Of a stretch of DNA of 64,000 bases, positions 39,342-52,928 are shown in pieces. The stretch lies in assembly GCA_964016885.1 (NCBI GenBank), contig OZ024744.1, positions 52,638,001 through 52,702,000 of the forward strand, given 5' to 3'. The position numbers and the translations under genes were made by a program. Numbering within the stretch: position 1 is the stretch's first letter; each line of letters starts with the position of its first letter. Source of the DNA: Eledone cirrhosa. Its lineage: Eukaryota. The notes below the pieces were generated by a model that saw only the letters and a program-made list of their open reading frames with translations, did no database searches and had not been told where the DNA came from.

Positions 39342-40417
39342 ATATATTCTCTTCATCTTAGCATGCTAACGATACTCATACACACACAACCCCCCCCCCA
39401 CACACACACACGCACACAACTCCCTCCCCCATTTCTACTAATAGAATCACTTTCCTACACACACACACACAAAATATATATTCTCTCCATCTTAGCATAC
39501 TCCCACACACACATAACACCCATATACACACAACTCCCTCCCCCATTTCTACCAATAGAATCATCTTCCTATACACACACACACACACACAAACACACAA
39601 ATAAACATACATATGTCTACTTTCTTTATTTCAATAGAAAATCTGAACTCTGACACCCCAGCGAACTAGCCATATTCACTGAACCAGAACAATTCTCCCA
39701 TCCCATTTCTCTTGACCATTCTTTTGCTTGTCATAAAATTCTCTAAATGGCTACACAATAAATTCCCAAATACGGGCACGGAACTTGTTCACGTGACAGT
39801 CATAATTTCATTTATAACCAATCAAATTGCATTTTATAAAAAAAGCCTTCGTGAGCCACTTTTTTTAGTCATAATATTCTGTAAAAGGCTACAAAACAAA
39901 TTCCCAAATACGGGCGCGAAATTTAATGAACTTGTTCACGTGACAGCCATAATTTCATTCATAACCAATCAAATTACATAAAAAAAATAAAAGCCTTCGT
40001 GAGCCCCTTTTTTTAAGTAAAAAGTAACTTAACACTCCTATATGAAAAAACAACCTGAGCCCCCCCCCTCTTGTTTGAAGAACTTTGTAACGCGAACTGG
40101 CAAAACATTTCTTATACTTATTGACCTAGCAATCAAATTACTTCTCTAAAAACCTGGCGTTTCGAACCACTTTTTTCCTTATAAAACAATTAACATTCAA
40201 AGACCAACCAGCTCTGAGAAAAAGCACAGATCCTCCATCTCAACTCTGCTTTTAAAAAGCAGAAGAACTGCGAAACCGGTAAAGGAACCAAATCAATATA
40301 TATATATTTTTTAAAATAAGACTCCAGTTGTATTTTCGATTTCATCTTTTTTTCTTCTTTATACTTTCACTCGTGTAGGACACCTCGGTTATTTTTCATT
40401 TTGGAAAAAAACCTCAC

Positions 40418-40420
<3 letters not shown>
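37904..40420 (+). mobile_element. Penelope-like element (Neptune-like linker), 5'-truncated: RT C-terminus, GIY-YIG endonuclease, 3' pLTR
   Basis: Motifs ANLVMAYLE, WKRYLDD, LPFLDI, YKPTD and SNHPKH; linker CGRSNCGTC; NLVY..C..C..YIGQT. Frameshift near 38455 between ORFs 37920..38534 and 38549..39064. Begins directly after (TA)n(GA)n. Confidence 0.9.
40249..40284 (+). ncRNA. Degenerate minimal hammerhead in PLE pLTR
   Basis: CTT-TTAAAAA-GCAG AAGAA CTGC-GAAA-CCGGTA-AAG. The sister copy at 37641-37676 has TTGAAAA in the core position. The core deviates from CUGANGA. Confidence 0.45.
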
Positions 40421-40476
<56 letters not shown>

Positions 40477-40479
<3 letters not shown>

Positions 40480-40658
40480 TCACATGGTACCATCGACCCA
40501 GCACTATGTTTCAATAATTGTCACAAGTGTAGTGTTTGTACCAGAGTTTTCAAGTCGCTGGCTGGACTAAAAGGTCCCACTCGTTCGTCGCATCGGTAGG
40601 GGTTCTCCTACATGGATATAAAGTAGTGGCCGTACTCGAAAACGAGTTGACAGCCACC
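40477..40658 (+). mobile_element. RTE-family 3' end fragment
   Basis: CSVCTRVFKSLAGLKG finger remnant, and terminus GGCCGTACTCGAAAACGAGTTGACAGCCACC like 18347-18375. Confidence 0.7.
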
Positions 40659-40787
40659 ATATATATATATATATATACAAATAAAAGGCACAATTAATAA
40701 CACATATTCATACTCTGTAATTAACAAGCTCAACGTAGTATTTCAACCCTCGTAATTTTAGACACACGATTTACTGTGTTTATTACT

Positions 40788-40870
<83 letters not shown>

Positions 40871-40930
40871 TATAAAATAATTAAGTCAAATATGTAAAAT
40901 TTGGCTTCGTTTATTATAAATTATTGATAT

Positions 40931-40985
40931 ACTGCTATATATATTTCGGTGACAGCCATCATTCGCTGTGACCTCTTCAGGCAGT
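40931..40985 (-). ncRNA. Minimal type I hammerhead ribozyme (orphan pLTR-like)
   Basis: The reverse complement reads ACTGC-CTGAAGA-GGTCACAGC GAATGATG GCTGTCACC-GAAA-TATATA-TA-GCAGT. Confidence 0.75.
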
Positions 40986-41032
40986 CCAAATTGGTGTGGG
41001 AAAGATAGGTACACATGTTGTTGAAGTGTGTT

Positions 41033-41173
41033 TTACTCCGTCAATACATCGATATGTCCAGTTCCTGGTTGTGTTGTTATTTCTCTGAGGAACTGGAATA
41101 ATATGATTCCAGTTCCTCAGGGAAATAACAACGCCACCAGGAGCTGGACATATCGGAGTATTGATGGAGTAAA
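41033..41173. repeat. ~140-bp imperfect fold-back adjacent to the hammerhead
   Basis: TTTACTCCGTCAATAC..TGAGGAACTGGAAT / ATTCCAGTTCCTCA..GTATTGATGGAGTAAA. Confidence 0.8.
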
Positions 41174-41747
41174 GTTTATAGTTTAGTATTTACATCATAT
41201 ATTTATTACATAATCATCTATATGTTTTTAAATGGTAACAGTTAAGACCTCATCAGACAGCTATTATGTGAATAAAAATGAGATGCATAAAATGACATGA
41301 GCAAAAATATAAATTACTGTTGCACTTTCCATTCCGTGATATGCCACGGTCGGCTTATTGGTGTTGTGCAATCAAAACCCTTCTGACAGATGGATTATTA
41401 TAAACTACCTCACAATATCACTAGAAATTGTATAAGCAGTACCTAGCCATTGGAGGGAGATACTTCCAACTTTACATCTTCTCAACCTTCTTTAACGCTT
41501 TTGTGGCGTCAAGGTCGGAGATCGACCATTTATTCTGGTATCAGGTATAATCAATTGTCTAACAAATAAATGTGGTTAAATGTATATATATATAGGCAAA
41601 GCAAGATTGTTTTGAAACAGCAAGCCAAGTTAGAAATAAAGTAGGTACATAAGTTTAGACCGTATTTTGACTAAAGTAGTTAACCTAATAGTGGGATATT
41701 TTTAATCCTCTGAATGTAAAAGTATGGGTATTGACGTATCAGAGGAT

Positions 41748-41778
<31 letters not shown>

Positions 41779-41860
41779 AGGTAAACATAAATAACAACAC
41801 AATCGGTACAATATATGGGAGAAATATATTAGGTTAACGCTTGAGATAACAGGAAGAGGG

Positions 41861-41896
41861 TCTTAATGTTTCGGACACTTGTCCTTCATCAGAAGA
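41861..41896 (-). ncRNA. Degenerate minimal hammerhead
   Basis: The reverse complement reads TCTT-CTGATGA-AGGAC AAGT GTCC-GAAAC-ATT-AAGA. Stem III is essentially absent. Confidence 0.45.
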
Positions 41897-42948
41897 AAGA
41901 ATGAGAAATAAGATAGATTGAGGGGACGGGCGGGTTGAAATTGAAAAAAAAATTTCCTTAGATAAAAATAACAGGTCCATTCGTCTGAATGGGACGAATT
42001 ATATGAAAGAAGATGATGCCATTTCGGCGAGTTTAGATGTTTTGCTGAAGAACATATCGGACCGTCCGCTGCAAAACTAAAACACACCATATTATGATCC
42101 TGACTTTAATACCTTTACCTCTAGCTTGCGTGTCTTCATATTTCAAGAAACACTCTTAAAAATACTAATCATATCCTGGATTGATCCATAGATACTTCCT
42201 TTGAAGGGGCCGTATTTATTGTTAGGATTTATTTGTGTTGTGTTGTTGTTTAGCATTTGATCAAATATATTCATGTCATGGCACTCCCGCCTACCTTTTT
42301 ATACTTTCAGGAATCATGTTTCCGAATGTGATTTGAGGAACAGCTATTAGCTGCTATTTCCCGGTGGTCAACTGGTTAGAGTGTCGAATTAAATGTCTTG
42401 CAGTATCTGTTTGAGTTATCTATGCTCTGAGTTCCAATCCCTCCGTGGTAGACTTGGCGGAATTGTTAGAGTATCGGATAGAATGTTTGCAAATCTATTC
42501 CGGCTTTGTGAGTTCCTAGTTCTAATCCCGCCTCATATGAACCCGGAGACATAGGACAAGACACTGCTATTAAAAGTCTAATAATCTTAAAGTTAATAAT
42601 AATTTCACAACGTAAAGACGAGGCTGGATGCCTCTACCATTAATACTAAAAAGAAATTCCTCTGTGAATGTTGCGGATGCTGCCTCATAGGATTTCCCCA
42701 AACTTATGATGGTGAGTCGTACCAACAACATCAAAGACGACGGCAAAGACAGCAACAACAATAAACACCACACTTATGATTTTTTATCCATAGGTTGAAT
42801 AAATGAGGCAAGGCAATTCTGTTTTTAGTTGTTTAATTTGTAATACTTGTTGGTTAAATTACGTATTTTATAAAGAGACGTGTTGCTTATTGTGTCGTCT
42901 GCCGTAGTATTCCGTAGTCTAAGCTGTATAATGATCTGATCAGTCTAA

Positions 42949-43083
42949 TGGGTTAGTGCTAGTGTTAGTGTTAGTGTTAATCTTAGTGTAAGTGTTAGTG
43001 TTAGTGTTAATCTTAGTGTAAGTGTTATGTTAGTGTTAGTGTTAATCTAAGTGTAAGTGTTAGTGTTAGGGTTAGAGTTAGGA
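42949..43083 (+). repeat. (TTAGTG)n telomere-like degenerate hexamer repeat
   Basis: TTAGTG units with TTAGGG, TTAGAG and TTAATC variants. Confidence 0.8.
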
Positions 43084-43926
43084 TAAATGTGAGGATTCAT
43101 TTTGTATTTGAGGAAGACAACGTGTGAACAACCAGGTAAACCAGAACTAAGTGTACAAGAACAGGTAAACCAGACCCAAAGTGTAAATGACCATGTAGGC
43201 CGCACACTAAAGTGGCATTAAATGAGACTTTTTTATGTCCACATAAAACCACTCTGTCTTTAAATAGGGAAGGAAACATTAGAAACTTTAGTTCTATATA
43301 TTCATAAAATGAGATGACGGTAATGACTAGAATATCTTTGTTGATAAGTGTATTCAGTTGGAGGTGACATGGGAGTAAACAACAAACAAAACGATAATGA
43401 CCTTTAATTAGATATACATGAGATCAGCACTTCTCTATCCAGCTTTACGTAACTCGGGTAGATATACACAAAGAAAATAGATGTTTCATTGCCGGGAGAA
43501 CGGACTTCTTTCGTCAGTTTCAAACTCTTTTTTATACGGTAACCAATAGGGATAGAAAAAAAAATGTTTGTATCCTTCTTTGCCAAAGAAAAGCACCAGA
43601 ATATTCTTGAAAGTGGTCTGAGACGTTGGATACGTCTGTTTTGCACAAGAGATAAGACATTCGACATATTTCTACTAATCACCATTTCACAAACTTTGAA
43701 GAGTTGAGCAAAGAAAGAAAGCAAAGAGGCATGTTGCCCAAATCCCTGCCATGTCCAACTGACAGTTATACCGTGAACTGAATAATAATTCACCTTTCTA
43801 TTTGCAATGTGTAGTATCAAACTTGTCTGCTGTTGAGTAGACTAGACACCCAGCTCACCAGATACTTAATGATCAATATTAAACTACTGCAATACTCAAT
43901 GCTGCATGACATGATGTACTCATATA

Positions 43927-43981
<55 letters not shown>

Positions 43982-43998
<17 letters not shown>

Positions 43999-44877
43999 GT
44001 ATGTGTGTGTGTGTGTGTGCCTGTGTGTATGTGTGTCTGTGTGTCTGTGTGTCTGTGTATTACGTATAGGAGTCTACAACTTACGACCGATTTTCATGAA
44101 ATTTTACAGGCTCATAGATTAGTCATCGGGGAGTGTTTTCTATCAATAGGGGGGGGGGGGGTTCACCCTTTTTTAGGTATCGAAAAATAATATTTTTTGC
44201 TGTAGCTCCCACATTTTTAACCAATTTCGTTCAAATTTTAAAGCAAATTAGAATTTATCCTTGCACATCCTGTAAGGCCTTTATATTTTGCATTTGTTGT
44301 TCAGAGACGGCATCGCAGCCGCTTAAATATTCAAAAATACCACTTTTAGACACAAATTTCCACCTTTTCGGCTCTAGCTCCCACATTAATCAACCTACTT
44401 TGATAAAATTTTACACTACGCTAGATCTGATTATGCTACGTCTTAAAGTAGCTTTACATTTTAGATTTTTTTTTATTCAGGAACGGCATGGCAGCTGCTT
44501 AAGTATTCAAAAATACCACCTTTTCGCTCAAATTTCTGCCTTTTCAGCTCTAGCTCCCACATTTTTCAACCGATTTCGTTCAAATTCGAAACATAAATGA
44601 ATTTATTTGGTTCAACTTTTATACTACGATAGAATTTATCATTGTACATCATTTAGTAGCTTTACACTTTGCATTTTTTGTTCAGGGACGGCGTGGCAGT
44701 TCAAAATACGATTTTTTCAACCTCCCACATATTCCATACAACATTTCACACAACATTTCGACACTTGCTACACCTTACGACCGATTTTCAAGAAACTCGC
44801 AGTCGCTAAGATCAACACCTTTTAATCAAACCTGATATTATTTTACCTACCCAGTCAACGCTGGGTACTGCTGCTAG
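43982..44877 (+). mobile_element. Non-autonomous Helitron
   Basis: 5' end TATATATAAAATT followed by (GT)n, and internal repeats with ACCGATTT. 3' hairpin ACCCAGTCAACGCTGGGT followed by CTAG|T. Confidence 0.75.
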
Positions 44878-44906
44878 TATATATCTATATAGGGCGGGTA
44901 AAATTG

Positions 44907-44946
<40 letters not shown>

Positions 44947-44950
<4 letters not shown>

Positions 44951-45020
44951 AAGAATGAAGAGTAACATGGTTGGCTGTACAATAAGGGCTTTATTGAAAG
45001 CACTGACAATTGTTTCGTTG
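44947..45020 (-). mobile_element. pLTR fragment homologous to 63354-63420 (3' half of a hammerhead)
   Basis: The reverse complement GAAACAATTGTCAGTGCTTTCAATAAAGCCCTTATTGTACAGCCAACCATG matches 63354 onward. Confidence 0.65.
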
Positions 45021-45074
45021 ATCAGGTGAATCTAGAGTTCGCTAACTCGATTACCTATAACGATAATTTGTTAT

Positions 45075-45137
<63 letters not shown>

Positions 45138-46816
45138 GTACATTCATACACACATACATGCATACATACATGGCCGAATGGTTAAGAAATTTGCTTCGCA
45201 ATCATTTCTTCCAGTGATCGTTCCCCTAGATCATTTAATATAGACCGGAGCCGATCCATGTCATATAAGAGAAATTGGGTAGGCTGAAACTGCATGGAAT
45301 CCGTTAGAATGACTGTAATCTAATTCAAAAGCTCTGTCTTTTCTTCTCACACACTGTGTAATATTGAATCCTCCAGAGAATACCCATTGTTAAGGCTACA
45401 CGTGACTGTGGAATGTTCACCCACTTACATGCTAATAAGGAGCCTGTTTCGTTAAACGAACAACTGGAACACTCATCGTCGAAACGGATGGAGGTTCATC
45501 GAGCAATCGATACGTTTTCTCCAGCAATATCTTTTAACCATATTTACAGCACGTACTTATCACTATTTTTTTTTAATTTTTATTTTTGCCTGTATATATT
45601 TTTTGTACTTTGCCAAGGAAGGGGAAGAGAGTATTGGATTAATTTCCAAATATGACTTTAAATTACAGTTTTATCCAGCATAAGGGGAAAAATGACTTCG
45701 ATTACAGAAGAAAAAAATGTTTCTAAACATCCTCCAGCAAAGCATATGTACCCCCTTCCCTCACACACAGTCACAGACACAGACACAGACACAGGCACAG
45801 ACACAGGCACAGACATAGACACAAACAATTCTCTTAAAAACGACATGCCATGTGAAAAAAAAAATATATATATATATAAATTGTAATTATGAGTCACAGA
45901 GATTTTATTACGGTATCCATGAAGCGAATACTGCGGATACATAGTCACGAAGCTGGTTTTCTTATGTTTCCTAATACGTGATTTTTTAAGGTGAAGGCCC
46001 CACTCTGATTTCAATAGACGGGCTAATAATTGTGGTATGATGAAAAGCTGAAAACGACGTAAAAAATCAATATCTGAAAGGGAGCCTTGCCAGTCCATAT
46101 CTGGGTAGTAATATAATAAGAGTAATTATCATTCAAAACCGATCTCCATTGCATCAAGCTAGCTGTTAGCGGATATTGGTTCTTTCTTCGACTAATGAGA
46201 TACATTGTTGGTAAAATAACCAACAGTCAATAGAACGGGGTAGAATGTCTGCTTCTGGTGCAAACGGAAAGTCACAAACGTTAGGAATAATCGTAGCGTT
46301 TAGAGACAATAATATTTGGTAATAGGCTTTAGTAGTTTATTGGGTTACCTCCACTAATCTAATCGATAAGCCACTGAAATCTTTTCTCATAGAAATACAA
46401 CTCCCGCGAGACTGCCATTTCTCATTTTGTTAGTTGATCCGTCTATTCAATACAACCTACGTCTGCTGCCTATATTATAAAGAAGTATTTTATATTATTT
46501 TGTTTAATTTTATTTTTTTTATGTTTTACCAATAGAGAATACTACATTTGATCATGGCGGCATGTTAGCGGAAGAACGATAAACTAAAATCCTATGCAAT
46601 ATCCTTTCATGTGCCTTTATAATCTAAGTTCAAATCTCAGTGTGATCAATTTCATCTTTCATGTCTCCGAGACCGATTATATGAGGTACAAGTAGATTTA
46701 AATATATTGATTCTGACAATTACAGCGATTCATGTAAATTTTCTTCATCGCAGGTTCAAGTCATACTATGGTCAACTTCACCTTTCTTGTCTCAAGTATC
46801 GTAGCAGTATATATAT

Positions 46817-46960
<144 letters not shown>

Positions 46961-46975
46961 ATGTATATGTATGTA

Positions 46976-47032
<57 letters not shown>

Positions 47033-47739
47033 GTGTGTGTGCATTGCGCACGCACGTTGGACCTCCACCAATTTCGATGGTGAGTGTTGCAGTTATTTAA
47101 TCACCAATGGTATAACCAGTTCATGAAACTGGGTTACAAGCGGCTGAGCATTCCATAGATACGTTTAATCTTAACGCAATTCTCCGGGAGATCCTGTGAG
47201 ACATTGCATATTCGTTCTTTGAATCTCAGGTTCATTCCATTTCGTATCATAGTTCTAAGGGAGATTCACCATGATACATGGTGTGACAAGGCTGGTCTTT
47301 TGAATTACAGGTATAACTCATTTTTTTTCCAGCTGTGTAGACTGGAGCAACGTGAAATAAATTGTTTTGTTCAATGACACAAAGCAATGCCGTGAATCGT
47401 AAACCTCTTACGGGTGTGTGCGGATGCAGTACTTTTAAGACGACGTGTTGTGGAGGCTGGACTGAGTTGTGGAAGATTAGGTATTGGATTGACACAAATA
47501 ATATGAATGGCTAACCTATAATATTTATGTTTGGTTTGGTGGGGGTAGCTCCTGTATAGTATATAGAATAGTGAACTGCATTGTCAAAAATGTATTTATT
47601 AGAAGTCCTTGAATTGATTATATTAAACATGCTTTTATAAAGATTTGGGGTGGATAGCAGGATTGTATATTAATTTATGAGAGCTTTAAATGCTTTATAA
47701 TTTGCATATATTTGTAACTAATTTACAATATACAAGTTA

Positions 47740-48295
47740 CTTGTGAAGGGGAATTTTAGTCGGGTAAACAGATGATAAGAGAAAGAGGTAGAAGAGAAAA
47801 GGACTGTATTGGATGCGTTGTCTGGTTTACAGTATGAGGTATGACCGTGGAGGAGTGAAAAAAAAAAGAAGCAAAAAAACAAAACAAAACAAAACAACAA
47901 CAGCAAAACACTAAAATCTTCCGGAAACACCAGAATCTTCGTTTCACCGTTCCACTATAGTAGATGAAGATTTCTGTGTTTCCATTGATTCTCTCATATT
48001 CAATCCTACAACTTTGAAACTCTGGGTCTGAGCTTTATGTATGGTCATACCAAAACTGTCTCTAACTGTGAACTGAAGTCTTGAGAATTTGAACGGCAGC
48101 TCAGTAGAGGAAGGAATAAGTGGAATCTTGGGAATAAATGCATTTTCTCTTTGATGATTGCCTCTAAGAATAGTGACTTCTAAGAGATGGTTCATCATCT
48201 TCCTGGCTGTAAAGTGTGTGTAATTGCATAGAAGTAGTAGGTCCACGTTTCTCAAAAGGAGGATGGGTGTTCCAACATTTCATATTATATATAGA
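47740..48295 (-). mobile_element. Helitron derivative carrying a PIF1-type helicase C-terminal fragment
   Basis: ORF 47944..48255 reads LCNYTHF..EVTILRG..IPKIPLIPS..LPFKFSRLQFTVRDSFGMTIHKAQTQSFKVVGL. The 5' end is TCTATATATAATAT. Confidence 0.85.
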
Positions 48296-48297
48296 TA

Positions 48298-48650
48298 CTA
48301 GCTGACGTACCCAGCTTCGCCCGGGTAAACAGATGATAAGAGAAGACAGGTAAGAGAGAAAATGACTGTATTGGATGTTTGTCTGGTTACAGTATGAGGC
48401 GAGTCCGTGGTGTCTGTGTGATACAAAAAACAGTAAAAAAAATTTTCCAGATATACCAGATTCTTCGTTGTACCGTTTGTGCATAGTATATGAACAATTC
48501 TAGGTGCTGCCACCTAGAATAGTGACCTCTAGGAGATGGTTCATCTTCTGCCTGACTGTAAAACGTGTATCATTGCATAGACGTGGTTGTTCCACGTTTC
48601 TCAAAAGAATGATGGAAGTTCCAATCTTTTATATTATATGTAGATATAGA
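48298..48650 (-). mobile_element. Shorter non-autonomous Helitron of the same family, head-to-tail with the previous one
   Basis: 5' end TC..ATAATATAAAAG, 3' hairpin ACCCGGGCGAAGCTGGGT then CAGCTAG|T. Internal homology to 47760-48290. Confidence 0.8.
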
Positions 48651-48659
48651 TATAAATAA

Positions 48660-49160
48660 TTAATATAAAAGATGATGCTCAGCCAGTTCGTCTTCAACCA
48701 TCGCAGCACGCCGTCGCTGCTTGGCTACAGTGGTTTGTTGGCGTTGTTCAGCCAGCTCCTCTTCATACATGGCGGCACGTCTTCGCCTCTGAAGTTCGGC
48801 GTTCCGATGGCGCTGTTCGGCCCGTTTTTCTTCATTCCTGGCTGCACGCCGTCGCCGCTGTAGTTCACTGTTTGATAAAGTCGAATTGCTTTTACTTTCT
48901 GTGGAACGTTGCACTGACGCACACACGCATAAACATACGCGCACGTACATACACACGTACACATGGTAATAGTTACAGCGTTCACTTTGCCTCTCTGTTT
49001 CTTACTCTCCCCTCTCACTCCCTCATTGACATTATGCATATTAATTTAAGTTTGGCGTGGTTGAGGTGGGCGGAGTCGTTTGAAACCGATGAACCAATGA
49101 TAATCGAGAATTTTGACACACGGAATAATGACATTGTTGAAATTAATATATATATAGATA
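48660..49160 (-). mobile_element. Helitron 5' region with a repetitive R/E/A-rich N-terminal ORF fragment
   Basis: Begins TCTATATATATT. ELQRRRRAA...EEELAEQR repeats resemble RepHel N-termini, and it lies inside the Helitron cluster. Confidence 0.5.
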
Positions 49161-49164
49161 GCTA

Positions 49165-50035
49165 ATTATATATGTATGTGTGTATTGTGTGTGTGCGAGT
49201 GTGTGTGTGTGTATGAAGCAGCGTTCAAATTCAAGATGACGCTGGCCGCGAAACACGAGCATCGCTGAAAATGCAGAGAGAATCCCTTATGGTTGTCTCC
49301 CGGCTAAAAATAGCAGTTGGATTGTTTTGCTTTGTTATTGATGCTATAAAATTGGTATCAATAAACAGAAAGAAAGAACAAATAAACAGTAAAAATCTTC
49401 CAGATTCTTCGTTTTACCGTTCAATGGACGGGGTTCCAATCTTTTATATTATATATAGATATAGATAATTATATGTAAATGTGTGTGTGCGTGGGAGTGT
49501 GTGTGTGTGTGTGTGTACGTGCGCGTGAGTGTGTATGTGCGTGCGTACGTATGTGTCTGTGTGTGTGCGTGCATGTATGTGCGTATGTATGTGTGTTTGT
49601 GTGAGCGTGTGTGTGGTTATGTGTGTGTGTTTGTATGAGTGTGAGTGTATGTATGCTTGTGTATGTGTGTGTTTGGTTTTGTGTGTGTTTGTGTGAGTGT
49701 GTGTGTTTGTGTATGTGTGTGTTTGGTTGTGTGTGTGTGTAAACCAGCGTTCGAATCGGAGACTTTGACCGCGAAACACAATCATCACTGAAAACGAAAG
49801 CGCAGAGGGATTTCTTATGATTGTCTCCCAAACTGCTAGAAATAGCAGTCGGGTTGTTCAGCATACTCGGGATATTTTTCTCTTCTTTGATGTTATAACA
49901 TTAATATCCTTCCTAGATATACCCGTATTCCATTGCTATACTTACTTGATGGTCAGCTTTTATATTTGTGTGATGCGTGAAGAAACGAAGCAATCAACCA
50001 ATAAACAAACATCTCCCTTTTATATTATGTATAGA
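49165..50035 (-). mobile_element. Two further Helitron-derived 5' fragments
   Basis: TCTATA..ATAATATAAAAG starts near 49459 and 50035. They share the block CAGCGTTC.AAT..CCGCGAAACAC..CTGAAA..GCAGAG. Confidence 0.6.
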
Positions 50036-50376
50036 TCTTGACAAGCACACCTGCCGCCCGCACAATTGCTTTTACAGAGCGAGTATGTTTTATCTTCGGA
50101 ATATAAAATAAAAAAAAAAGTAGTTGTAATGTGTGCAATATTACAACACATATGTGACCCATGTGGTCCTCGGGGGGACCCTCAGTTTCAAATGTTAATA
50201 GATGTTAATTTGGCGTTTCTGTTATAGCCCATCTATGTTAGTTCGGTGCATGAAAACATTTCAAATAAAACGCCTCAGATAATTTCGACGTGAGTTTTAG
50301 TTTCTCTGATAAACCAGAGACATATTATCTCGTTGGGTTGTACATCCTTGCTGCAATAGTAATATATCTATTTCGA

Positions 50377-50422
<46 letters not shown>

Positions 50423-50458
50423 ATATATATACACACATATATATATATATCATATAAT

Positions 50459-50650
50459 ATAATTGTTTCTATTTTAGGCACAAGGCCAGCAATTAACCAG
50501 TACATTACTGGTATTTTATTTTATCGACCCCGTAAGGATGAAAGGCAAAGTTAACCTCGGCGGGATTTGAACTCAGAATGGCAAGGGCCGTAACTCTATG
50601 CGTCAAAGCATGGCTTCCGACCTCTACTGATACTGCCATTTCACCGCCCT
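50459..50650 (-). mobile_element. tRNA-derived MetaSINE-like SINE (full copy)
   Basis: Reverse complement of 21133-21326. Confidence 0.8.
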
Positions 50651-50732
50651 GTAATATAATAATACATATACTATATAATATAATATAATATAATAATACA
50701 TATAATATAATATAATAATATATATATATATA

Positions 50733-51000
50733 ACCAAAGGTTAAACAAGGTTCATTGATTAATCAATGAATATATTTTTACAATAGATTAGAAGCACTCA
50801 ACAATCGGTTTTCTGTAGTTATTAATATTATATTCCAAGACTGGAAATGAACCATCAGCACAGTTGAGGTATGTCATACATCAATTTATGTATTTTATCT
50901 GATGAGGACGTACTGAAAAAAACAGCACACTACCTCAGAAATATATATAATAAAATATTTTTTGATTAAGTGAATGTCTACATTTATTAATATTTTGAAA
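50733..51000. mobile_element. Rearranged PLE pLTR pieces with a hammerhead at 50891-50957 (+)
   Basis: 50735-50830 is the reverse complement of about 55560-55655, and 50890-51000 matches 55450-55558. Motif TATTTTAT-CTGATGA-GG...CCTCA-GAAA-TATATA-TA-ATAAAATA. Confidence 0.7.
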
Positions 51001-51543
51001 GGCCACCAGCCGTAAGCAACTAATCACATTCTTTCTAACCTAACCGCTGCTACATCACGATTCTTAGCCATTTTTTAATGTATTCTTGGCGCGATCACTT
51101 TGGAAAATTAATTGTCTAAATTTGAGCTAACTCCTGAAGAGACCAGTGCTCTAGATGTCCAATGTTATCGGATATCTTAAAATGCGGACAAAACCATGGT
51201 AGAGGTAACTAAATATGTTCACTTTTCTCCTAGTTTATTTTACACCTAATTCTGTTTAGTTGACTGTATATCTGGACGATTTATACACGCTGTCGAAATA
51301 CTCGATAAATACTCCGTCGCAACCGACACGAAGGGCTGCTTTCGGTTATTTGTCGGAGATTTCTTCATAGAAGCCTTTATTCTTATAGATTGGTCTAATC
51401 GGTTTTTTATATGGTTAATTATGCTAATTGTGAGAGGAAACGGTACATATTTCATCTGATGATTCTATAGACATGCTTTATGATATATAGTTCTGATTAT
51501 TTAATTTATTAACTCTTCATTGAGCCACAAGGTGACCCGTTGC

Positions 51544-51651
<108 letters not shown>

Positions 51652-51679
51652 AGTGGGTGTACGTTGATATGATAAGAGA

Positions 51680-52510
51680 TATGTAAGTGGGTGTACGTTG
51701 AGATGCGTGGTGTGTATAAGATGTATGAGATGTGTAGAATGAAGGGAAGAGTAAAAGAATAAAAATAATAATAACATATAGGCCCATTGTCACAATTCTA
51801 GCGACTGAAAGAAACGTCGGCACGTTACGTATTAAGGAAGCGCTTCTTATCAAACAACTGCAACCGCAAATAAACAACCGATTAGAGAGAAGCGAAATGA
51901 AATGGCTGGTTTAAGTTAACAAGCGATGCAACAACACACAACACACGCACACACACACACACACGCAAACGAGACAACTACACACACACACGCACACACA
52001 CACACAATAGCATTCCACCATACCAACATACTACACTGCCAATACAGATGAACAAGGCAACAACACACGCACACACACACACACACACACACTCAAGCGA
52101 GACAACAACACACGCACACACACACACAGTAACATTTAACAAACAGGCAGAGAATGGACTGACAGCTAGCGCCATCCCACTCCCTCATTCGGCCGCTGAC
52201 CTCTGTACGACCGACCCCATTTCACGCGCACACGCGCTCGGCCGAATACCTCAGATATTCAAATCAACAAACAGCGAAAGACGCGTTCCGAGTTGTCCGA
52301 CAGACAACCTTTTCCCCCACCCCGGAAAAAACCCCAGTTGATGGATGTGAATCCGAAAATATAGGGACTATTAAATCTCTCCCAAGGTAACTCTCTCTCT
52401 TGTGTTGTTATTATTATTTTTATTCTTTTACTCTTCCCTTCATTCTACACATCTCACACATCTTATACACACCACGCATCTCAACGTACACCCACTTACA
52501 TATCTCTCTC
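51680..52510. mobile_element. pLTR-like segment bounded by ~100-bp inverted repeats
   Basis: 51680-51776 is inverted at 52406-52506. A degenerate hammerhead at 52332-52366 reads CCC-CAGTTGA-TGGAT GTGA ATCC-GAAA-ATATA-GGG. Confidence 0.55.
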
Positions 52511-52861
52511 TCCACCACCGGACCTTGTTACCCGGAGATTTACCCATTTGCATTGTCGAGGCTTCCAAACGACTTATAAATATATATATGTGTAAACCTT
52601 TATATATATATATATATATATCGTAATAATAATAATAAACGTGAAGACTAAAATCTAAAGAGGGTTCGATAAGGATAAATATATATCAAATATATAGGAA
52701 CCCTAACGCAAATATATATTAAAATAACAGATTAAATTTTAAGCAAAGAATCCCTGCTTTCACCGTCAACGGGTTGTTTTAATAAATAAATAAATAAATA
52801 AATATATATATATATATTAATTCAAAATATTAACAAAAATAGACATTCGTGTGATCAAGTA

Positions 52862-52928
52862 TATTTTATTATAAATATTTCAGAGGTACTGAGCTATCTT
52901 CAACAGTACGTCCTCATCAGATAAAATA
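52862..52928 (-). ncRNA. Minimal hammerhead in pLTR
   Basis: TATTTTAT-CTGATGA-GGACGTACTG..CAGTACCTCT-GAAA-TATTTA-TA-ATAAAATA. Confidence 0.65.

Noticed and set aside
42949-43083. True interstitial telomere
   Set aside because: Mostly TTAGTG rather than TTAGGG, short, and with no fusion signature.
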